Assembly (NCBI RefSeq): GCF_006345805.1
Contig: NW_021824105.1
Span: forward strand, 1-19,556
Source of the DNA: Octopus sinensis
Taxonomy: Eukaryota
Direction of reading: 5' to 3'
DNA length: 19,556 nt
Below, piece by piece: positions 10,906 to 19,556 of this stretch. Every line of letters starts with the position of its first letter. Within the stretch, counting starts at the first letter, position 1. The position numbers and the translations under genes were made by a program. The notes beneath the pieces were generated by a model. That model saw only the letters and a list, made by a program, of their open reading frames with translations, ran no database searches and was not told where the DNA came from.

Positions 10906-11073
10906 CAGCCTAAAAAATTGGGTAAACAACACTAGAAGGTGGGAAAAAGTTGCCAGCAGAAAGTCGCACGCAGCTGGTATCCTTGTCGTACAGATTTCGA
11001 TTCTCTGAAAATTCTCTGTAGTTTTTTTTTTTTTTACCATTGTCTAGTAGTATTTGCTCAATTTTCTAGGCTG
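10906..11073. mobile_element. MITE-like element with 37-bp imperfect inverted repeats
   Basis: 10906-10942 versus the reverse complement of 11037-11073: 28/37 matches by manual count. Confidence 0.6.
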
Positions 11074-11233
11074 CTCGAAATTTACTTAATTTTCTGTAAA
11101 ATGCCAATCCATTCGACACCTCTACGTTTTTATAAGCGCACACACACACACAGACAGGCAGACAGACAGACAGACAGATACACACACACACACACGCAAA
11201 CATACACACACATTATTCAAAACAGTTTGATCC

Positions 11234-11285
11234 GGATTCCGTGCTACTTCAAGTTTCAAAGCCCTCGTCAGGCTGGTAAGAATCC
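11234..11285 (-). ncRNA. Type I hammerhead motif, left arm of palindrome (core intact, stem II deleted)
   Basis: Minus: GGATTCTTACCAGC-CTGACGA-GGGCTTT-GAAAC-TTGAA-GTA-GCACGGAATCC. Confidence 0.68.
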
Positions 11286-11290
11286 AAATT

Positions 11291-11359
11291 CGGATTCTTA
11301 CCATCCTGACAAGAAAGGCTCCGTTAGGGGCTTCGAAACTTGAAGTAGCACGGAATCCG
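11291..11359 (+). ncRNA. Type I hammerhead motif, right arm of palindrome (stem II intact, G8>A core change)
   Basis: CGGATTCTTACCATC-CTGACAA-GAA AGGCTCC gtta GGGGCTT C-GAAAC-TTGAA-GTA-GCACGGAATCCG. Confidence 0.68.
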
Positions 11360-11593
11360 AATAAAATTATTTTGAAAAATACATGCAACTCCCAATAAAT
11401 GTGTGAGTGCTCTTTATTCTTTATAAACTGTGAATTTTCCTGTCTAGTACTTTCATACATACTCCTTTTGTCTCTGATGACGTAATACCCAGTGTACAGA
11501 CATGCTAGCCTACCATTAGGGATATCCCAGAAACAGCTAATAAATGAGTTGAAATAATCGTCTTGCCTTGGTTTTGATGTCCATTTCCTCTAA

Positions 11594-11654
11594 TATATGT
11601 ATGCATGTATGTATATATGTGCGTTTATATACATGTATATATATATATATATAT

Positions 11655-11700
<46 letters not shown>
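11594..11700. repeat. (TA)n-rich microsatellite
   Basis: Seen directly. Confidence 0.9.
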
Positions 11701-11701
<1 letters not shown>

Positions 11702-11713
11702 CATAGTTAATCT

Positions 11714-11920
11714 AAACATGAATACACAAAGAGAAAACACAACAACGCGAGGACGTGGAACAAGTATAGTATTATTGGACGTTCAGGAAAGAAGGAAAGA
11801 AGGAGGATTTAACGTTTCGAGCGGAGCTCTTCGTCAGAAACATAGGAAAAGGAAAGATCCAAGTAAGGGAAGACGGAGGGAAAAAAATCGCCAACAATAC
11901 ACACGCGGTCACATTTTGAA
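11714..11920 (-). mobile_element. Short non-coding Penelope-terminal-repeat-like unit carrying a hammerhead, embedded in TA repeats
   Basis: Central HHR motif, pyrimidine-rich flanks on the minus strand, TA microsatellite on both sides. Boundaries approximate. Confidence 0.55.
11807..11841 (-). ncRNA. Minimal type I hammerhead ribozyme (palindromic stem III, GUU site)
   Basis: Minus: GTTT-CTGACGA-A-GAGC tcc GCTC-GAAAC-GTT-AAAT. Confidence 0.75.
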
Positions 11921-12550
11921 TATATATACATACATATATACGGGCATGCATGCATACAAACATGTATATGTTTGTGTGTGTATAAGAAAGAATTATATCA
12001 GAGGCTCACAAAAACTCAGATATGAGCAATCTGCGTATCATACTTAAGACAGATACATCAGTGTATGCCAAGTGCATTGCAGTATTCATCCTGATATTAT
12101 ACCATTCATAGACCTACAGTGTTAGAAAAAAACACCAAAAAACACAAAGAAATATATCTCTTTTCGACGAAAATATTTCAACAGCATGAGGGAGTAAAGA
12201 CACACAAATAGAACAAAAAGTAACTAAATGAATAAATAAAATAATTCTTTTTAAATTAATGAATAAATGATTAGGAATGAATACAGTTAAACTTAATTAG
12301 GTATAATTAATAAGTAAGAATAATGTAGCAGTTCTGATAATAAGGTATAGATAAAATATTTTTAACTGGATGCTAAATGAATTAGCAAAATCCTACTAGA
12401 AAACAAGAGATAGTAACTACAGTTAGAATCTACCACCAAAATATCACTAAAGAAAGAGCATTTGAACTGGTAATAAGGAAATATTCGTTTTATAAATGGA
12501 AAATATATATCTAAATTCGAAAAACAAAGAAAATATTATGTAGATACGTA

Positions 12551-12771
12551 TGGCGGGAGTGCAGAAAAATTCCTGGCTTCTAGTAAAAGAAAATACAGGT
12601 TAATATTGGTTTTATTCAAAATATTTCTCTTTCATATTCACACACTTATTGCAACGACCCTTCAGTTTCTCTTCAGTTTTTCCAAACCCTGTAAAAGAAC
12701 TCGGAAGGTTGTGTCTCAACCAGGCCCTTCGCGGTACCCTTAAAGCCAGGAACTTTTCAATACCTCCTCTC
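12551..12771. mobile_element. Mariner-derived MITE, ~220 bp
   Basis: TIR pair GGGAGTGCAGAAAAATTCCTGGCTT / AAGCCAGGAACTTTTCAATACCTCC. TA precedes the left end. Non-coding interior. Confidence 0.7.
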
Positions 12772-12919
12772 AGAAAACATGTACAAAACAAAGCCTACAT
12801 ATATATATATATATATTTTTTTTTGGGGGGGGGGGGTTCAGTCAAGTCAACAAATATAAACAGAAGCTGAAGCAATACAGCAGCTAACAGACGTTTAAGT
12901 CGCAAGAGATATAATTATC

Positions 12920-12986
12920 TATCTTTTAACTTTTCTCATTTGCCTGTTTCAGTCATTGGACTACGGCCATGTTGTGGTATCCCCTT
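12920..12986 (-). mobile_element. Old 3' fragment of SINE family A
   Basis: TGTTTCAGTCATTGGACTACGGCCATGTTG matches the family A tail. Confidence 0.65.
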
Positions 12987-13349
12987 AATAATAGCCTAAT
13001 GATAATGATGAATACTGACAAAAATAAAAGACAAAGACTAGTCATTACTACCCCCCCCCCCACACACACACACGGCATTAAACAAATACATACCCCCACG
13101 GAAAAAATAGGGGTAAATATTAGTTTGTTTTTTTAACTCGTTTGAGTACATTTATTTGTTTATAATTATAGAAGCCGTACTCTATCAAATTGTCTGCGCT
13201 AACAGATAAGTTCCGGAGCCTAGTACTAACACGAATGTGTTAATGACAATTAGATAATGCTCATGTCGGATTATAGGAAATATTAACAATGACCAATAGT
13301 AAAAAATGAAAATAATATCAGTGATGATAATAATAATAATAATAATAAT

Positions 13350-15945
13350 GAAAGGAAGCGGTTGGAATCTCTCCATGTCCTGATTGATGATACATCTAGT
13401 GCTGGTGTCACAATAAAAACACTGATAATTGTGCAACCTGATAATCGCTTCCTCATATGAGTTACAATGAAAATACATATTATTGTGAATAGCGGTAGCA
13501 ATGAAACTGAAGCTCCTGATGGTGACAGTGTTCCACCCGGCAGTCTCGGAAATACTTGTCCGGCTCCAGCCTGTTGTTATTCGCAATGGATTAGCATACT
13601 CGGCGTAGATGGAACAATGCCGTGGTCATAGAGTGTTACTACCTGAGCAACCCTGTAGACGAAAATAGTGCTCTTATTAGAGGATACCGACAACGTATGT
13701 ATGATCAATGGAAAGAAAGGGGATTGTTTCAACTCACGGAACAGAGATTATGTGGTCAAGCTAGAGCAATACGAAAAAATCGTTGGTTCACAGAAGTAGA
13801 GTTCGAAGTTATCAAAAAAACGGGTCTTGGAAAATAGCAGCAGAGGAAACGATGAAAATATAGTTCTTACTGATAGCAGAATCTCATAGCAGAAAACAGA
13901 GGTGAGATCTCTAATAAACCAGAGAAAAGGAACAGTGATGGCTTTCTCGATGAGAGACATATAAATGGTCTGGAAGACGACAATGAAACTCATGGTGATA
14001 TGACAGATGGGCGAAAGGCAATCTATGACAGAATAAAGGCAAGCTTATAGGAGAACGATAGTGACATTATTTGCAACGTTAAAAAGGTTTATCGGTGGAA
14101 ATTGAACCAAGAAACGAAAAATGTAAATGAAATTCTGAAATACATCAGAACGAAAAACATCACAGACACAAATACTTTGATCAAGATATAGAAATATAAG
14201 GGGGGTGTCAAAAGAAAAGATTCATGGTGGAAAAGAAGAATAGAGATAGGGTTAGATATGCTCTCGAAGGACATTTGTGTGTTAGACTGAAAAGAGAAGG
14301 GAAGCTTAAAAGCGAACAGAAATACAGGTCATTGAACTGTAAATACGATAGTGAAAGAAAGGGCCTGAAATTGGCAATGGAGGAACTGAAACAGCGCCTC
14401 ATCGCAAAGAAAGCAAAGATGGTAAGATACCACCAAAGAATGAAAGGATACCAGCAGAATAGGTTATTTAGAGTAGATCAGAAGAAATTCTACAAAGAAA
14501 TAAATGAAGAGTGAAAAGATAAAATGTTGATACCAGATAACATTGAAAGTCAAAGGTTTTGGAATGACATTTGGAGCAAAGACAAGAACAACAAGAAGGA
14601 TGCTGAAAGGTTGCAAGAACTGAAACAAACAGTAGTCTGTCCAAAACAGACAGAACTAGCAATTTCAGATAGAGAAGTGAAGGAAATCAGCAAAAAATAG
14701 GCAACTGTAAGGCCTCGGGACCAGATGGAGTTCAAGGTTACTGATCAAAAGATTTGGTGAATGTCATACATGAATAGCTGCCCAACTCAACACCTCATTA
14801 AATGCCGACCAAGTAACACCAGAGTGGTTCAAGCACAGTGCTGTGCTTGAAAAACATAGAAAAATGCAATACGGTAGACAATTACAGGCCGATATCCTAC
14901 TTGCCACTTATGTGGAACATTATTGACTAGAATAGTCGCAGAGACAATATACGGATATCTGGTAAAACTGGAGTCCTTCCACACGAGCAGAAAAGTTACA
15001 AGCGTAAGTGCAGAGGTACCAAGGATCAACTCCTGGTAGACAAAACTGTACTTAGAGACTGCAAGAGGAGGAAAAGTAACTTAACCATGTCATAGATAGA
15101 TTATCGTAAGGCATACTATATGATTCCAAGTTCTTGGATTATGAAATGTATGAACCGATTTGGTATTGCATCGAATGTTGAGCGATTGCTTGGAAAATGT
15201 ATGGCGAAGTGGAGGACGGAGCTGACAGCATATGGAAGATGTTTAGGAACAATAGAAATCAGTAGAATAATTTTCAAAGGAGACTGCCCGTCCCCACTGA
15301 TCTTTGTACTATGCATGACACCACTAGCACTGATTCTGAGGAAAGCAAAAGCTGGGTATGTATTCAAGTGCCGTCAACAAAAAGTCAACCACTTGTTATT
15401 CATGGGTGACCACAGACTTTATTGTAAAAATGAATTCCAAGTCAGTTCCCTCGTTGATAGGGTGTATACTTTCAGTGCTGATATCAGAATGGAGTTCGGA
15501 CTGAGAAAGTGTGGTGTGTTAGTCTTGAAGAGAAGCAAAATTAAATGTGTGGACGGGCTAGCGAAACCGTCGGCGGAGGTTAGGAAGCAAATAGAAGAGA
15601 CGGGTTATAAGTACCTGGGGATAATGGAAATGGATAAATTGATAGAGAAAGAAATGACAGGAAAATTTAAAGTGGAGTACTTGCGCGGACTGAGTCTGAT
15701 CCTTAAGTCCAAATTAAATGGACGGAATAAGATTGAAACTATCAACACCTGGGCGGTTTCACTCTTTAGATGTAGAGAAGGGGTAATCGCATGGACAGTA
15801 GAGGAACTAAACAGCTTAGTCAGAAAGACAAGTATCTTGCTGACAAGACATGGGATACTCCACCCAAAAAGTGACACAGACAGACTGTATGTACCAAGAA
15901 AAAGAGGGGGAAGAGGACTGATTGGATGCGAACACAGTATTATAA
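13350..15945 (+). mobile_element. Decayed R4-clade (Dong-like) non-LTR retrotransposon, 3' part (zinc knuckle/endonuclease) missing
   Basis: Single long broken ORF from ~13468, with no APE domain seen before the RT. 5' boundary approximate, directly after (TAA)n. Confidence 0.85.
13468..15945 (+). pseudogene. Non-LTR reverse transcriptase pseudogene
   Basis: [24 protein letters not shown]; YQQNRLF; KASGPDGVQGY; NYRPI; [11 protein letters not shown]; DYRKAY; IFKGDCPSPLIF; HLLFMGD (from FMDD); FGLRKC; YKYLG; RLYVPRKRGGRGL. Many stops and frameshifts. Confidence 0.92.
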
Positions 15946-15965
15946 TAAACACAGTATAATAATAA

Positions 15966-16178
15966 TTCTTTCTACTATAGGCACAAAGCTTCAAATTTGT
16001 GGAGAGGGGATTAGTCGATTAGATCGACGCCATTGTTTCACTGGTACTTACTTTATCGACCCCGAATGGATGAAAGGCAAAGTCGACCTCAGCGGAATTT
16101 GAAATTAGAACGTAGCAACGGGCGAAATACCGCTAAACATTTCGTCCAGTGTGCTAACGATTCTATCAGGTCGCCGTC
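15966..16178 (-). mobile_element. SINE family B, copy 2 (tail type 2)
   Basis: Head and body homologous to 1817-1985; tail like 17968-18015. Flanked by AAT repeats on both sides. Confidence 0.88.
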
Positions 16179-16179
<1 letters not shown>

Positions 16180-16236
<57 letters not shown>

Positions 16237-16795
16237 TAAAATTGTTGTGACGATGATGACACCGACGTCAACGACAATGACGACGATGGCCATGTTGATT
16301 GTGATATTGGTGACGATGACGACGCTTCTGCTGCGGCTCAGGAATGATGAAGACGACGGCTATAACGGCGATGGTGACCACCACGGTGACGACGGCAACC
16401 AGGGTGACGAAGGCACTGAAAACTTTGAAGACAACGGAGACGACTTCGACGACGACAACAATATTTGAAGATATGTTTCTTTATTAGCCACACAGGGCTG
16501 CAGACAGACAGGACAAATTACAAGGTAGAGGTTTTCTTTTGGGGGTAAAAAAAAGAGGGTTTAGTTTTCGATCAAAAGGGATCGTAAAAGGAGAGAAAGA
16601 GGACAAAAAAAAGGGGGGGATAAAAAATGAAGATAACAGCTACAATGAGGATGCCAACGATGCCGCCGATGCTGCTGCTGCTGATGATGATGGTGATGAC
16701 GCCGACGAGTAATATTTGAAGACAACGACTACAATGATGTTGCCGACGACGCTGACAACGACTACAACGACGACGATGATGATGACGACGACGAT

Positions 16796-16826
<31 letters not shown>

Positions 16827-16875
16827 ACGATGCTGATGACGATGCTGATGACGATGATGATGATGATGATGAAGT

Positions 16876-16907
<32 letters not shown>

Positions 16908-17015
16908 GTGACGGTGGTGGTGGTGGTGATGAGGATGGTGATGATGTTGATGATGATGCTGATGACGATGATGATGATGATGGTGTGATGATGACGATCA
17001 TGATGATGATGGTGA

Positions 17016-17047
<32 letters not shown>

Positions 17048-17103
17048 ATGAAGATGATGATGATGTTGATGGTAGTAGTAGTAGTAGTAGTATTTATTAT
17101 TAC
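16180..17103. repeat. Long compound trinucleotide tract (AAT, GAC/GAT, GCT, GGT, GTA)
   Basis: Seen directly. Interrupted by 16470-16625. Confidence 0.95.
16470..16625 (-). mobile_element. Retroposon 3'-end fragment sharing its terminus with SINE B tail type 1
   Basis: Minus TTTGTCCTGTCTGTCTGCAGCCCTGTGTGGCTAATAAAGAAACA versus SINE B TTTGTCCCCTCTATGTTTAGCCCCTTGTGGGTAGTAAAGAAATA. Confidence 0.55.
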
Positions 17104-17260
17104 TATTCATTTGATAAACAACAAGCTTTTTTCGAAAAAAAAAAATCTTACCGAAATTCATCTGGGAAAATATGCATAAAAAACGTCGGAGGTTATAAAA
17201 GGTGCGTAAGAATGTTTTAAACAATATGCACAGATCCTTGTATTGTATGTTACGAACAAC

Positions 17261-17293
<33 letters not shown>

Positions 17294-17967
17294 ATTCGTA
17301 TACGTAATCTCTCAAATGCTTTTTGCAGATGTGATTGCGCATTTCTCTTAATTGTATCACTTACAAATGAGGTTATTGTCACATTTCTTAACAACCATAA
17401 TTATCATTTTTTTTAATGTAATAGCAAAGTCAACGTAATTCCATAACGTTTTAGCTTGTTTGTGCTCAGTATTATAGTAATTAGGTATGGCTTTGTCGAC
17501 AATTAGTACACTATTGTCATTTTTGGCATAAAAAAAATTAATGTATCCGTTTTATTATGTGCTGTCATGTGGAATGTTTGTATTGCATTCTAAATTACGA
17601 TAGTGTCTTCGCAATGTCATTTCAATAGTCATTTTGGGTTTGAGTATTTTCTTGCACAGGTGGTCAATCGTATTTAGATTCGATTTGCTGCGTTATTGTG
17701 TTCCCTATTTCAAATGTAATCGATAGGCAATAATATAGGACACTCTGATAAAAAACAACTGGAATGAAAATTTTTGTAGCATCTGAAAATCACTTCCAGT
17801 ATGGGCGTTTGCAGCTGATGGATTTACTCACTAGGGAGAGAGAAAAACAACGCCATCTCTAATTCTTGGAGCAAGGAATGTCTGACGGCCAGACGTCAGT
17901 GCATAATTGAAGCGAGGAAAGTATTTATTTTTTCTTTCTGTTCAACATTTACGTTCCTTATTGCGTA

Positions 17968-18365
17968 TTTCTTTTCTACTCTAGGTAAAAGGCCCGAAAT
18001 TTTTAGGGAGGGGGCCAGTCGATTAGATCGGCCCCAGTATGCAACTGTTACTTAATTTATCGACCCCGAAAGGATGAAAGGCAAAGTCGACCCCGGTAGC
18101 ATTTGAAACCAGAATGTTGCGGCAGACGAAATACCTATTTCTTTACTACCCACAAGGGGCTAAACACAGAGGGGACAAACAAGGACAGACAAAGGGATTA
18201 AGTCGATTATATCGACCCCAGTGCGTAACTGGTACTTAATTTATCGACCCCGAAAGAATGAGAGGCATAGCCGATCTCGGCGGAATTTGATCTCAGAACG
18301 TAACGGCAGACGAAATACAGCTAAGCATTTCACCCGGCGTCTAGCGTTTCTGCCAGCTCGTTGTC
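17968..18365 (-). mobile_element. Dimeric SINE family B: full monomer with tail 1 (18365-~18135) fused to an A-box-less monomer with tail 2 (~18134-17968)
   Basis: TACTTAATTTATCGACCCCGAAAG occurs twice. Junction GGCAGACGAAATACCTATTTCTTTACTACC. Confidence 0.88.
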
Positions 18366-18664
18366 TTTCACAGCGTATTTTTGAACGACCATTACTTACC
18401 ATTAATATTTTTGTTGTATCTTTTGGTGTTTTTGTTAGAGATGTGTTCGTGTATTTTTTCTGTTTTATAATTTTGTTTTTGTTGCTCTGAAGGTGCTTAT
18501 ACAGTTGATGATGCAAGTGACTGCTCGATGGAATTTCTGCTGCTTCATTGATACCTTCAGCTTTAAATTTGGTGTCACCCCCTTTTGCCTCGACATTGTA
18601 AGCTTTTCAGTCCGGGGTCGTGTCGATCCGGATCCACAATGAGATCTTGAAGCTGGAGGAGCTT

Positions 18665-19095
18665 ACTCCTTTACTCGTTTCAGTCATTTGACTGCGGCCA
18701 TGCTGGAGCACCGCCTTTAATCGAGCAACTCGACTCCAGGACTTATTCTTTTGTAAGCCCAGTACTTATTCTATCGGTCCTCTTTTGCCGAACCGCTAAG
18801 TGACGGGGACATAAACACACCAGCATCGGTTGTCAAGCAATGCTAGGGGCACAAACACAGACACACAACACACAAACGCATAATATATATATATATATAT
18901 ATATAATATATATATATATACATATATACGACGGGCTTCCTTCAGTTTCCGTCTACCAAACCCACTCACAAGGCTTTGGTCGGCCCGAGGCTATAGTAGA
19001 AGACACTTGCCCAAGGTGCCACGCAGTGGGACTGAACCCGGAACCATGTGGTTGGTAAACAAGCTACTTACCACACAGCCACTCCTGCGCCTACA
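18665..19095 (-). mobile_element. SINE family A, copy 4 (complete head)
   Basis: Head GTAGGCGCAGGAGTGGCTGTGTGG on the minus strand. Possible 5-bp TSD AGCTT at 18660-64 and 19096-100. Confidence 0.93.
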
Positions 19096-19556
19096 AGCTT
19101 GTTGAATGAAGAAGGAAAAAGTTTGAACGCCTTGTTTCATTGGACTTGTTTCATTGGCAAGATACGTGCTTCATTGTGGTGCTGGTGGAAGAGCTGTTAT
19201 TTAAGTAGTGCTGTTACTCTCTGCTATTGCTACTGTTTGCATGAATTTTTGTTGAGGTTTTGCTGCTCTGGCTACGCTATCTGTTGTTCATGCTGGTGTG
19301 TGAGAAGCTGGGAAGGGTCCGGGATTTATCTATTATTGGCGGTTGATCCTTAATCGTTCGATAGCAAGATAAGCGTGGAACGTTTGATTTTATATATATA
19401 TATATATATATATTGGTATATCGTAGTTACAAACAGCTGCATGCCATTTGGAAACCCGATATCGGTGATGATGGTGGTGGTGTGGCGGGGTGGTGGTGGT
19501 GGTGATGGTTTCGGATTGCTCGTGGAATAAGGAATTCATTGAATTTCTGTCAAACT

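Noticed and set aside
15120-15959. 279-aa ORF as a functional gene
   Set aside because: Fragment of a broken RT with the catalytic DD changed to GD.
16105-17224. Poly-His/Met/Ser/Asn/Ile ORFs
   Set aside because: Trinucleotide microsatellites read open in several frames; no gene structure seen.
19316-19342. Minus-strand INPGP as a 2A ribosome-skipping motif
   Set aside because: The preceding codons are stops; the required D(V/I)E is absent.
1-19556. CRISPR array or prokaryotic operon
   Set aside because: No regularly spaced repeats and no gene-dense organisation; the sequence is eukaryotic repeat DNA.

Overview
AT-rich, repeat-saturated animal DNA with no intact protein-coding gene, probably intronic or intergenic. 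The SINE families look like those of Octopus/coleoid cephalopods (recognition from memory, not a database result). Contents: three tRNA-derived SINE families in several copies; a decayed Penelope-like element (RT + GIY-YIG) with inverted terminal repeats (~3750-5880); an internally deleted DD37D (maT) Tc1/mariner transposon (6540-7445); a decayed R4/Dong-type non-LTR retrotransposon (~13350-15945) plus a separate zinc-knuckle fragment of that type (1-290); two MITE-like elements; and many microsatellites. The most notable signal is a set of type I hammerhead ribozyme (HHR) motifs. One looks intact and sits inside a ~260-nt highly structured unit (9431-9693). A ~170-bp palindrome (11212-11380) consists of two back-to-back hammerheads with complementary lesions. 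A minimal HHR lies at 11807-11841, and several more are decayed. All folds were derived by eye; no activity is demonstrated.
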